Positions 7,938-17,499 of a stretch of 64,000 nucleotides of DNA are shown here, piece after piece. A model generated the notes under the pieces. That model saw only the letters and a list, made by a program, of their open reading frames with translations. It did not search any database and was not told the DNA's origin. The first letter of the stretch is position 1; every line of letters begins with the position of its first letter. The translations under genes were made by a program, and so were the position numbers. The DNA comes from a virus: the IMG/VR virus record IMGVR_UViG_3300045988_134806, positions 535 to 64,534 of that record. One strand, given 5' to 3'.

Positions 7938-9181
7938 GTTTTGATTTTGGAAGTTTTGCAGGCGGAGTTTCCAAGACTTGGGATTCTAAGGCCATTGGCG
8001 GAGCGATCAATCAAGGAATGCTGAACCAAGATGTTCAAGCCGCGGAAGATAAAGCTAAGGAAGATCAGGCGGCTCTGGAGCATTTAAAAAAGGCTCAGGC
8101 TGAAAAGGGCCATCGTGTCCAAGACGACACCGGAGAAATGTTCACTTATGGAGCATCAAGAGCAGTTGATGACGATTGGGTAAAGAAGCAGCAGGAAAGA
8201 TCTGCAAATAATAGAACCGAAGCAATTAAAACTGCGTATACCAAGTGGAAGTCTCCCGAGGCCTACAACGCCTATCTGAAGTCCGAGGCCGAGGGTTCCA
8301 AGGCAAGCTTTGAAAAGTTCGTGACCGACGGCAAGATGAGCTTTGCTAAAGAGCTAAGGGACCTCAGAAGCAACAAAGCAGCTATGGTTGAAAAAGCCGT
8401 GGAAATGGGCCAACTCCCGAAGGGGTCTGTTTTTGATCCAAAGTCCGGTCAAGTTTTAACACCGGGCCAGAACGGTCAGATGGTTCCCATGCCGATTTCA
8501 GATGCGGACATTAACAGCTTTATGGATTCTTACGAGCTGCAAGGCTGGAGAAAGTTCGGTGCCGGTGTGGATGACTTTTTGAAAGGTCAGCAGGCTGAGA
8601 TTGCCTTGGCAACCAAGGGAGATCAGATCGAAGCAGCGGGTCTTAAGAACAAAGAAACTAAAGCCAAAATTAACTATTTGGACAGAAGAGGTAAAGCGGC
8701 GATTATCGCGGCCGGTAGTAAAGGAACTACCGGAGGTGCGGCAAAGCCTCGCAAGGTTAAACTTGGCGATCCAGATGAGAATGGGACTCAGCTTGAAAGA
8801 GACGCAGAGACTCAGCAGCCGACCGGCTATTCAACTGATGCCCGTGGAAGCCGCTGGCCTAATGAGTTCCCTACAAATCAAGCTTATCAAGAAGCCCTCG
8901 CTGTGGCAAAAAAAGCTGGCGTCGAGATTATTCAAAACAAAGAAGGTGCGATTGCTTACCAAGCTGGATCTAAGCGCTTTAATTCTCTTTCCCAAGCAAA
9001 CGCCTACGCCATGGGCTACGCAAAGGAAGTAAACAACAACGCTAAGCAGAAGAGAGCTCAAGCCATTCAGACCGAAGCGCGTTCTCCTACCGGAAGGGCG
9101 AGGACAAAGGCGATCCAAGATGCAGCTCTGAAGCTTGTTGAGGAAGAAGAGAACCCTTACGGGGACTACTACGCGGAGTAA
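7934..9181 (+). CDS. putative virion internal/ejection protein
   Basis: 415-aa ORF, charged and helical, coupled (ATGA) to the upstream gene and 3 nt from the giant gene. No enzymatic motif seen. Confidence 0.55.
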   Translation: MSFDFGSFAGGVSKTWDSKAIGGAINQGMLNQDVQAAEDKAKEDQAALEHLKKAQAEKGHRVQDDTGEMFTYGASRAVDDDWVKKQQERSANNRTEAIKTAYTKWKSPEAYNAYLKSEAEGSKASFEKFVTDGKMSFAKELRDLRSNKAAMVEKAVEMGQLPKGSVFDPKSGQVLTPGQNGQMVPMPISDADINSFMDSYELQGWRKFGAGVDDFLKGQQAEIALATKGDQIEAAGLKNKETKAKINYLDRRGKAAIIAAGSKGTTGGAAKPRKVKLGDPDENGTQLERDAETQQPTGYSTDARGSRWPNEFPTNQAYQEALAVAKKAGVEIIQNKEGAIAYQAGSKRFNSLSQANAYAMGYAKEVNNNAKQKRAQAIQTEARSPTGRARTKAIQDAALKLVEEEENPYGDYYAE

Positions 9182-9184
9182 AAC

Positions 9185-12100
9185 ATGCAGGACGACGATT
9201 GGAAAGTCATTGATAGGGACCCCGGAACTATCTCTTATAACTACGAACCGACAAAACAGCAAAACGCAGACGGTAGTTTGTTTTCCACGGACGCTTTCCG
9301 TGATACAGCAATCTCTTTGGGAAAAGGTCTTTCCTCGTTGGGTACGGGAGTTGTTGACGCCCTCGCCTTGGGGGCCTCTCAAGGATACAACGCACTGAAT
9401 GCAGAACTCTACGAAAAAGCTGGCCTGGAAGCTCCTAAAAAGTACAGCATGAATGCAGAGCTGAGAAAATCGGGAGTGATGAACCCAGAGGCGATCAATT
9501 CTTGGTGGAATGACAAATACTCTGAAGGCACAAAGCAAGCTCTTCAGAACGTAAGTGAAGCCGAAGGTTTCTGGGACACTCTTGTTGCGTATGCGCAGAA
9601 TCCCAGAGCCGTAATGGCGAGCATCGCAGAGAGTGCTCCTGCCATGCTGCCGGTTTTCGGCACCGCAGGCAAAGCTTACAAAGCTGCTGAAGCAGCCGGA
9701 CTTGCCAAGGGGCTGGCAGGCAAAGAGCTTGAAAACTACATCAAACGTCGAGTTATGGTCGCTTCAGGGGCTGCCGAAGGCGCAGTATCTTCTGCCGCGG
9801 CCTCTCAGGCAATCGGCCAAGATAACTTGGAGAACAGCAGAGACTATTCCGAAGGACAGGGTTGGGCACTTCCTATCGGTGTTACGACAGGTGTTGTCGG
9901 GCAGCTTAACCCGATGGAAGCCAATATTATGACTAAGGGCCTCGTTAAAGGGGTCTTGATGAAAGAGGCGATTAAGACAGGTCAGCCTGTCTCTATGCTT
10001 AAGAGCACAGGCGGAGCCCTTGGAAGAGCCGGAATGTCTGCGGTTAAAGAAGGCGGAGAAGAAGTCGCTCAGGGTGTCTTTGAAACAGGCTTTACCAATC
10101 TCGGACAGAAGAAAGAGTTTATGGATGACCAAGGCAAATCAGCGGCTGAAAACTTCGTTGTCGGCGGAGCTATGGGTGTCGGGATGCATCCGTTCACGAA
10201 CGGCGGCTTCCATAAAGGCAGCGCCGAGCAGGCGATTAACAACGGTTCCCCGACTCAGCAGGTTCAAGAGCAGTCTCAGCAAGCTATTCCGCTTCTTCCT
10301 TACGACAGACCTTTGGGTGCCGACGGCCGTGGCGGCGTGATGGTAGGACCGGGTTCTGACAGTCCGAGTCCGAGAATGAGGCTCAATCCTGAGGAACAGT
10401 CTCAAGTCACTCAGGCAACCACAGACGCTCAGAACCCTAACGCTCAAGTGCAGCAGCCCGTGGAAACTCAGCAGCCCACGATGTCTCCTGAAGAGGCTGA
10501 GCTCGCCCAGATGGAAGCCGAAGAATCAGCGAGACGCCAAGCTGTTATTGATAAGTATGGGCTGGAGTTTAACCGGGAGCACGGTACAGCGTTTGCCGAT
10601 GTAACTCGGAATATCACTGACGAAGCCGAAAAAGACTTCCACGCGAAAATCCTCCAAGCTGCCGGAATGATGGGTATCAAAAATCCGTTCAAAGAAAAAG
10701 AGGCTGCTGCGAATTTTGCTACTGAATACAGGACTTTCGGAGGGGATCTTGCCAAGCTTGCAGAGTTCTACAGAAACATCGGCATAAAAGCCGAAAACGA
10801 TGCCGGAAAGAAACAGGGTGCGCTTCGTCAAGCGGAGTTTTATCAGCAGTTAGCCGACCTCTTGGAAGGCGGAGAACTCTTGAACTTCGAGCAGCGTCGC
10901 GCTCGTAAAGAAGAGAAGAAAGCAGCTCAGGCAGCAGAGATACAGGCCGCACAAGTGCAGCAGACAGCAGAGCAGATGATGGCTCAGGAACCCGCCCCTG
11001 TGGAAGCTCAGCCCGAGGTGAAGACTCAGCCGAAACCGGAAGCTCCTAAGCTCTCCGGCGTCATTCCTTCCGAAGAAGAGATGTCAGACATGCAGTATGA
11101 CAAGACTCGCCAATACAGAGGTGAAGTCGCTGCGGTTATGTCCCGCTTGGAAAAAGAAGGGAAGATTACTCCAGAGCAGAAAGAAAAAGTTTTTGGTCTG
11201 TTTAACAGAAACCCTAAAAAATATAAGGTGCTCGATAATTACAAAGCTGCGATGCACGCGCTTAAAGACATCGAGAATCCTCAGCCTCCGAAGGAAGCTA
11301 AGTCCACAAGGAAGACTTTAACTAAAGAGGCGGAAGAAACTTGGCTGGCGCAAGGCAAGCTTACACCCGAAGCGCGCCAAATACTGGGTTATACCGACGC
11401 AGAGGCAGATCAGCTGGAAAGTATCAACAAACTTTTTACTACAAAAGAAGTACCGGCCCATGCCAAGCAGGTAAACAAGCTTAACAGCCTAATTATGCAT
11501 GGCGACTCTCGCGGAGCCAAGCAGCTTGCTGAACTGATGACAAAGCGGGCCGAAGCTTTACATGTCAAGGAGTACATCGAAAGCGAAGAGATGCAAGGGA
11601 GCGATGTTGATAAATTTAACTCTCTTGTTGCAGAAGAACGGTACCAAGAAGCCCTGACGATGGCTTACAAGCCTTTTAGCGAAGGCGGCTTGGAGCTGAG
11701 CCGTGAAGAAATAAATTCTATCGACCCTTCAAGACTGAAAAAAGAAGGGGAAGCGATCAATAAGGGTACAGAGGAAGAAGGGGAAGGACAGTCTGCTGGA
11801 GAAGACTTGGAAAAGTCTGAAGAAAATTCTAATGAGGGTTCAGTAGAAGATATCGGCAGAGTAGAAGCTGAACAGAACGGAGAAAGCGGCTCCGATACTA
11901 TCGGTGTTGCTGCAAGGGCGAAGGGCGGTACTGAGAAAGCAGGCCGTGCAATGGCTGCGAAGCATTCTAAGACTGTTGCCAAAAAAGAAGAGGATCGTTC
12001 CAAGGGCACAGTCAAAATAACTAAAGGTGAAGATGTAAAAGAAAAGCTTGAAGTTATCCCTCCGAAGGAGAAAGGAAAGGTTGATTTCTCCAAGAAGTTG

Positions 12101-15100
12101 GAGAATACGGACAAGTCTCGCACCGAGGAAACGAAGGCCGTAGAAGAAGCTGATAAAGCTGCTGCTAAAGCAGAAGCCAAAACGGAAGAACCGAAGAAAG
12201 CTAAATTCGGAGAAGCTCTGAAAAAGGCCTTTGACGAAGCGAAAGAGAAAGCTAAAACGGAAGGGGAAAGCAAACCCATAGAGCTTAAATCGGCCCCGAA
12301 ATCTCCCAAAGATCCGTTTAAAGGGACTGAGGAGAACAAGGCTACTGTCTCTGCCGTGGAAGGAAAAGAAAAAGATGCCAAGGCAGTTGCTAAGGCAGAG
12401 ATGAAGGTGCGCTCAATTCTTGAGAGCATGCAGGATTACTTAGACGGGAAGAGAAAGAAGAGACTCTCGGAAAACCAAGTAGACCTTGTCAATGAACTTA
12501 AAGACAAGGGCTTCCTGTTTGTAGACGACGAAAAGGTCCTTGACGACTATAAGAAGCGTATTGAAACCAAATTTGGAAAATCAACACGCCATGCCTCAAA
12601 GTCTGCAAAGACTGATCCTGAAACATCCCGAATTAGAGGGCTCCAAAGACTCCAAGAAGCCTTGGAAAATAGGACATCCGCACATCGGGCGATGTGGAGT
12701 AAACCGATCAGTATGTGGAGCCCGTCTTTGAACGGATGGGTTGATTTTGACTATGGGAGACTTGGAAGCATTATCGACGAAAACTTCACCACAAAAGGAG
12801 CTATGGGTGTTTCCCATATTGTCGATAAGAGAAGTTTAGCTCAAGGATTAAATCCTGCCGAAGTGGCCTTAGTCTTAAGAGAGATGGTTAACACTGTAGC
12901 TTATGGAGAACAGGTTAAGGCACATGAAAAAGCAGTACTCTTAAAGAGTGACAAGTTCAAGGTTGTTCTTTCGAAGAGCGGAGGAAACTCGTATGTAATT
13001 ACGGGTTTCGGTAAGATAAACAAAGGGGAAGCTGTGTCCTCCGGCACGTCAGACACAGTTTATTCCGCTCAAGCCAATTTGGACGCCCATGGCAAGAGCA
13101 TACCCCCGATCCTAGAGAGAGAAAAGAACCTTTCTAGGATCGTAAAAATTATCGCAGACCAAAAGCTTCTTTTCAAGGGTGACGAGCTCAAAGCACGCAA
13201 AGCTTCCAAGAGTTCTCTGACCGAAAAACAGAAGAAGCAGAACTACAACGATGTCCGAAACGGCCTGAATAAGTCGTGGGGCGTTTCAACGACTAAAGAG
13301 CTGCTGGACTCCGGAAAGGTGGTGATCTGTGATTCCAACGAAGGGTTCATTGACACTATCGTCAAAGATTACCTTGCCAAGGACCCGAACTTGTCAGAGG
13401 AAGAAGTCAGAAACACTCTCCACGAAGAAGGTCTTGACAAAGGAACGAACGCTATTTACGACGAGAACACAGGGAAGGTCTACATCAACGGCGAAAACGT
13501 TGATGAAAATGAGGCAGGCTCGGTACTTGCACATGAAATCGGTGTACACGCTGCTAAAGACTCTGAGTTCAAGGGGCTTGTCAAAGACATCGAAGACCGT
13601 GTCGCGACTTTGATGGCAGAAGGATTAAAGAGCAAGAACCCTGCGGTAAAGAAGTTTTGGGAAGATGTTAAACGCCGGATGGATGACGCCGATGTTTCTG
13701 ACAACGAAGAAAGACTTGCCTACTTCTTGGAAGTCTACGTTAAACGAAACGGCGTTATCCCTCAGTCCATCCAGTCTGAAATGTATCAGGCCATCGGCCA
13801 ACTTAAGGACTGGCTTCTTAAGTTCCTTGGTATTAAGAGCATCAATGAGCACAAGGCAGCCGAGCTTCTATGTGACGTAGTGAGAGCTTACGCCGATCAG
13901 AGCGCTATGGAGAAGGGCGGCGGTCGTCATGCTTCCAAGAAAGGTAAAAACGATAAAAGCGACAAACCCAAGAAACCCCGCAAGCAGCTCACACCCGAAG
14001 AAAAGGAAAAGAAAGAGAAGGAAAAGCTTGCCAAGATGACACCGTCGCAGAGGGCAAGTTATGAGCGGCGAAAAAAGATCGCCGATCTTAAGAAGGAAGT
14101 ACAGAAGCAGAAAGACTTTAGAGAAGGCGAAGCCTACAGAGATCAAAAAGCTCAAGAGGAGGACATGAAGGACTTCAATGACCTCCAAGGTGGGAAGCCT
14201 ATTGTTGAGGTTGTCAAAAGCCGAAGTGAAAGAGCTTCCGGCATGGAAAAGCAGGCGTATGCAATCGGCGAAAAAGTTCTCGCTTATCTTAAACGGGCGG
14301 CTACATACTTAAACTTTAGATTCCTTAAGTTCACCAATGAGCTCGTAAACGATATCGGTGAAAGATGCCCCGCTGCCAAGGTCTGGTATAACGAACTGTT
14401 GGAATGGGGCAAGGACCGTCAGAAGTACAGAGCAGAAGCTCAAGAGATTTTCTCTCGTTTTGACAAGTTCCCTAAGAACGTAAAAGACGAAGTTGAAAGC
14501 CTTCTCTTTGACAGCACCACGTCAGGGCAGTGGGCCTTCGATATTTCTGACTGGAAAGATGCTAAGGGCAATAACCTCACAGCAGAAAAATATTCCATCA
14601 ATCCAGAACTTGAGGCTCGCTTCGATGAGCTGGCTAAAAATAATCCGCAGGCAGCGATGGTTGTCTATGACACACTGAAACACGGCTACGATCGTTTCAT
14701 CCAAATCAAGACCAAGATCGACACTGTCGGCAAAGCTGTCTTCGGAGATAAGTATCGTTCGCTGATTAAGATGCCAAAGAGCGTCATGCCCTACGTACCC
14801 TTGGTTCGTACAGGTCAATACAATGTTGTGTGGCGGAGCCATCAGCTCAAGGCCGAGTACTTGATGCTGGATAAGCTCAAAGCAGAACGTGATGCATACG
14901 AAGAAAAGAAACAGGATATACCTAGCGCGCTAACCAATGCGATTAAGAACACTGAAAGCAAGATTGATGCAATGGAACGCAACGAGAACCATTATGTCGT
15001 GTCTCGTTTCGACAGCCTCGCCAAGGCGATTGACTTCCAGTCGGAACTTAACGGCCGACAGCGTGACAACCAAGCCACGCTGACAGATGTCGGCGATCAA

Positions 15101-17143
15101 CAGAAGAAGTCTCTGACCGGTCAGGCCAACATCGACCGCATGCTCTCTGACTTTGAAGAGAAGTTCGAAGAGCACTATGGCAAAGGCATGGGGGTCGCCA
15201 TGCGTCAGACTGTCCAAGAAATGCTCTTGGAAAGCGCGCAAAAGACCCTGCACTCTGCCACCAAGCAGAGAAGAAACATTGCCGGTGCCAACCCGCACGT
15301 CATGGAAACATTCATGCACCACGCCAATACGGATGCTTGGATGCTCTCCAACCTTGACCATGGCAAGAAAATATCCAATGCCTTCACAACCCTTTATAAA
15401 GAAGTAGAAGCGTTCCGCAACAGTCCGAAAACTGAGGACCAAAAGGAAGCAACGGAGCTAAGTGACATCTATAACGAACTTGCTCGTCGTTACAACTTCA
15501 TTACCAAACGAGAAGATCACGGTCTGACAGATGACGTAGTCGAAGGGGTTCGGGCATTTAACACGTTCAGTATGCTGTCCCTGAAACCTGCATACTATAT
15601 TCAGAACGCTCTCCAGCCGACCATGATGACAATGCCTTATCTATCGGGCGAGTTCGGTGTCGGCCAAACCATGGCTCAGATGAAGCACTCTTACGGAGAA
15701 TGGCTGGGCTTTGTGAAAAAGACTTGGGGCACAGCAGAAACCAAAAGAGAAAAATACCACGCCATCAGCAACATTATGGATGCCATTCAGGGTTCCAAGC
15801 TTCCTGAAGACATAAAGGAAATGCTTCTTGATATGGAGCGCCTGAATCTTCTTGACTTAGGTGCTCAGGCCGACTTTGGAAGCTTCCGTGGAAACAACGC
15901 GCTTCTAAAAATGGCGAACAAAGGCATGACCGAACTCGGGTACCTAGCCCGAAGCGTAGAACTTGCCAACCGTTATGTGACTGCCACAGCGGCTTACCGC
16001 ATGATGAAGACCAAGCTGTTAAGCCAAAAGGCAACAAAAGAAGAAGCGGAAGCCGGTGCCAAAGAATATGCTGCCAAGGTTTTAAGTAAAACTCAAGGCG
16101 ACTACTCAGGAATCAATGCACCAAGTGCTTTCAACACGAAGTGGGGCAAGGTTGCGTTGCAGTTTAGAAAGTTCCAAGCCATCCAACTTAATTACTTCCT
16201 CGATATGGCCAAAGGAAGTTTTAAGGGTATGACCAAAGACGAAAGAGGCGTGTACCAAAAACAGCTCACCGTTGCTATCGCAACTCACTTGGTTATGGCA
16301 GGTATGAATGGGGCTCCGGCTATGGCGATCGGCTACATGCTTGCAGGAGCGTTATTCGGAGATGACGGAGAAGATGGGGAAGATACCGTTCGCAGACTCT
16401 TAAGTGAAGCAGGTTGGAGCGGTGACATGATTGACATTGCAATGGAAGGGCCGTTAAGCGCCATCGGTATCAACCTCTCCAACTCGGTCGGAGCAGGCCA
16501 GATGTTCTCTCCGGTTCCTTACACCCGCAAGGGCCTTACGGAAGAAGGTGGAATGATGGAGTTCCTGACATCCGCATTCGGGGGTGCTACGGCAAGCCGA
16601 CTGATAAGACTTCACACAGGCGCAGTCCAAAGCAAAGAAAGCAACAACTGGGGAAGACCCTTCTGGGAGGCTGCTCTTCCGGCAGGAATCCCTCAAATGC
16701 TCAAAGCCGCCCACATCATAGATCCCACAGTGGACAAGAGGACTGGTGCCAAGATGCTTAAGGACGAAGACTTCACAGTTTGGCATAGCTTTGTACAGGC
16801 CCTTGGCTTTACACCGAGCCCCGTGGAAAGAATGTATCAGATGAGAAACGTCGCTTATAAGACTCAGAAGGCAATCAAGGAAGAAAAGGGCGATCTAACG
16901 CGCCGTTGGATTGACGCCATGAAGAACCGAGATTACAAGGCGCAGTCGGAAATCCGAAAAGAGCTGCCTGAGCTTAATCGAAAGAGAAGAGCCAAGGGGT
17001 TCAAGCCTGTGACCATGAACGACCTGATGACTGCTTGGAAGACGCGCCAGAAGGAAGAAAAACTCATGCAGAAGAATCATGGGCTCAAACTTCCGAACAG
17101 CCAGCAGGGGTTTGCCAAGCAGCTCAACAAAATTTACAATTAG
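9185..17143 (+). CDS. giant 2652-aa virion-associated (ejected?) multidomain protein with zincin HExxH motif
   Basis: Single uninterrupted 7959-nt ORF. SVLAHEIGVHAAKD (HEIGVH at 13532-13549). E/K/A low-complexity tract at about 11.7-12.4 kb. Gly/Ala/Met-rich hydrophobic segments at about 16.27-16.36 kb. Strong terminator downstream. Confidence 0.9.
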   Translation: MQDDDWKVIDRDPGTISYNYEPTKQQNADGSLFSTDAFRDTAISLGKGLSSLGTGVVDALALGASQGYNALNAELYEKAGLEAPKKYSMNAELRKSGVMNPEAINSWWNDKYSEGTKQALQNVSEAEGFWDTLVAYAQNPRAVMASIAESAPAMLPVFGTAGKAYKAAEAAGLAKGLAGKELENYIKRRVMVASGAAEGAVSSAAASQAIGQDNLENSRDYSEGQGWALPIGVTTGVVGQLNPMEANIMTKGLVKGVLMKEAIKTGQPVSMLKSTGGALGRAGMSAVKEGGEEVAQGVFETGFTNLGQKKEFMDDQGKSAAENFVVGGAMGVGMHPFTNGGFHKGSAEQAINNGSPTQQVQEQSQQAIPLLPYDRPLGADGRGGVMVGPGSDSPSPRMRLNPEEQSQVTQATTDAQNPNAQVQQPVETQQPTMSPEEAELAQMEAEESARRQAVIDKYGLEFNREHGTAFADVTRNITDEAEKDFHAKILQAAGMMGIKNPFKEKEAAANFATEYRTFGGDLAKLAEFYRNIGIKAENDAGKKQGALRQAEFYQQLADLLEGGELLNFEQRRARKEEKKAAQAAEIQAAQVQQTAEQMMAQEPAPVEAQPEVKTQPKPEAPKLSGVIPSEEEMSDMQYDKTRQYRGEVAAVMSRLEKEGKITPEQKEKVFGLFNRNPKKYKVLDNYKAAMHALKDIENPQPPKEAKSTRKTLTKEAEETWLAQGKLTPEARQILGYTDAEADQLESINKLFTTKEVPAHAKQVNKLNSLIMHGDSRGAKQLAELMTKRAEALHVKEYIESEEMQGSDVDKFNSLVAEERYQEALTMAYKPFSEGGLELSREEINSIDPSRLKKEGEAINKGTEEEGEGQSAGEDLEKSEENSNEGSVEDIGRVEAEQNGESGSDTIGVAARAKGGTEKAGRAMAAKHSKTVAKKEEDRSKGTVKITKGEDVKEKLEVIPPKEKGKVDFSKKLENTDKSRTEETKAVEEADKAAAKAEAKTEEPKKAKFGEALKKAFDEAKEKAKTEGESKPIELKSAPKSPKDPFKGTEENKATVSAVEGKEKDAKAVAKAEMKVRSILESMQDYLDGKRKKRLSENQVDLVNELKDKGFLFVDDEKVLDDYKKRIETKFGKSTRHASKSAKTDPETSRIRGLQRLQEALENRTSAHRAMWSKPISMWSPSLNGWVDFDYGRLGSIIDENFTTKGAMGVSHIVDKRSLAQGLNPAEVALVLREMVNTVAYGEQVKAHEKAVLLKSDKFKVVLSKSGGNSYVITGFGKINKGEAVSSGTSDTVYSAQANLDAHGKSIPPILEREKNLSRIVKIIADQKLLFKGDELKARKASKSSLTEKQKKQNYNDVRNGLNKSWGVSTTKELLDSGKVVICDSNEGFIDTIVKDYLAKDPNLSEEEVRNTLHEEGLDKGTNAIYDENTGKVYINGENVDENEAGSVLAHEIGVHAAKDSEFKGLVKDIEDRVATLMAEGLKSKNPAVKKFWEDVKRRMDDADVSDNEERLAYFLEVYVKRNGVIPQSIQSEMYQAIGQLKDWLLKFLGIKSINEHKAAELLCDVVRAYADQSAMEKGGGRHASKKGKNDKSDKPKKPRKQLTPEEKEKKEKEKLAKMTPSQRASYERRKKIADLKKEVQKQKDFREGEAYRDQKAQEEDMKDFNDLQGGKPIVEVVKSRSERASGMEKQAYAIGEKVLAYLKRAATYLNFRFLKFTNELVNDIGERCPAAKVWYNELLEWGKDRQKYRAEAQEIFSRFDKFPKNVKDEVESLLFDSTTSGQWAFDISDWKDAKGNNLTAEKYSINPELEARFDELAKNNPQAAMVVYDTLKHGYDRFIQIKTKIDTVGKAVFGDKYRSLIKMPKSVMPYVPLVRTGQYNVVWRSHQLKAEYLMLDKLKAERDAYEEKKQDIPSALTNAIKNTESKIDAMERNENHYVVSRFDSLAKAIDFQSELNGRQRDNQATLTDVGDQQKKSLTGQANIDRMLSDFEEKFEEHYGKGMGVAMRQTVQEMLLESAQKTLHSATKQRRNIAGANPHVMETFMHHANTDAWMLSNLDHGKKISNAFTTLYKEVEAFRNSPKTEDQKEATELSDIYNELARRYNFITKREDHGLTDDVVEGVRAFNTFSMLSLKPAYYIQNALQPTMMTMPYLSGEFGVGQTMAQMKHSYGEWLGFVKKTWGTAETKREKYHAISNIMDAIQGSKLPEDIKEMLLDMERLNLLDLGAQADFGSFRGNNALLKMANKGMTELGYLARSVELANRYVTATAAYRMMKTKLLSQKATKEEAEAGAKEYAAKVLSKTQGDYSGINAPSAFNTKWGKVALQFRKFQAIQLNYFLDMAKGSFKGMTKDERGVYQKQLTVAIATHLVMAGMNGAPAMAIGYMLAGALFGDDGEDGEDTVRRLLSEAGWSGDMIDIAMEGPLSAIGINLSNSVGAGQMFSPVPYTRKGLTEEGGMMEFLTSAFGGATASRLIRLHTGAVQSKESNNWGRPFWEAALPAGIPQMLKAAHIIDPTVDKRTGAKMLKDEDFTVWHSFVQALGFTPSPVERMYQMRNVAYKTQKAIKEEKGDLTRRWIDAMKNRDYKAQSEIRKELPELNRKRRAKGFKPVTMNDLMTAWKTRQKEEKLMQKNHGLKLPNSQQGFAKQLNKIYN

Positions 17144-17196
17144 AAGCGCAACATTATTTGAGTCTTGTATCTAACTCGACTATTAAAGAACAGTTT

Positions 17197-17222
17197 CCCC
17201 GCCTTGTGCGGGGATCTTTTTA
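17197..17222 (+). terminator. rho-independent terminator of the late operon
   Basis: CCCCGC-CTTGT-GCGGGG followed by ATCTTTTTA, 54 nt after the giant-gene stop. Confidence 0.75.
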
Positions 17223-17225
17223 TCT

Positions 17226-17484
17226 GGTACACAAAGTGGTACCCATAAAAAATAAATAATTTAATTATCAATAGGTTGCTATTAAAATCGGCGACCACCT
17301 CTTCCGCCATTTTTATGTCCGCAAAGAACCTCTCTGAACCTCTCAGAGCTTTTTAAATTCATAAAATCAAATAGTTATCTAGATTCACCCATTTGCGTTT
17401 GGACCTCTGTGAACCTCCATGAATGGCCCATAAACATCAAATGGTCGGTACACATGGTGGTACACTTTCCCAAAATTTCTTACT
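17226..17484. promoter_or_regulatory. attP-like / int regulatory region with two repeat families
   Basis: GGTAC(A/C)C at 17226, 17238, 17448 and 17458, plus an inverted copy at 17477. G(A/G)ACCTC(T/C) in tandem pairs at 17326/17336 and 17401/17411. A+T-rich spacer. Immediately upstream of int. Confidence 0.4.
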
Positions 17485-17499
17485 TTGTGTACCACAATC

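Noticed and set aside
11665-12429. 254-aa minus-strand ORF inside the giant gene (Ser/Ala/Phe/Leu-rich)
   Set aside because: It mirrors the E/K/A low-complexity tract of the 2652-aa plus-strand ORF. GAA/AAG-rich sense codons give stop-free TTC/CTT antisense. There is no RBS or independent signal.
9185-17143. Giant ORF as a tape measure protein or as an N4/crAss-type virion RNA polymerase
   Set aside because: No tail tube, sheath or chaperone-frameshift context supports a tape measure. I could not find T7-like RNAP motifs or a DxDxD two-barrel catalytic motif by eye. Both ideas are left to HMM testing rather than asserted.
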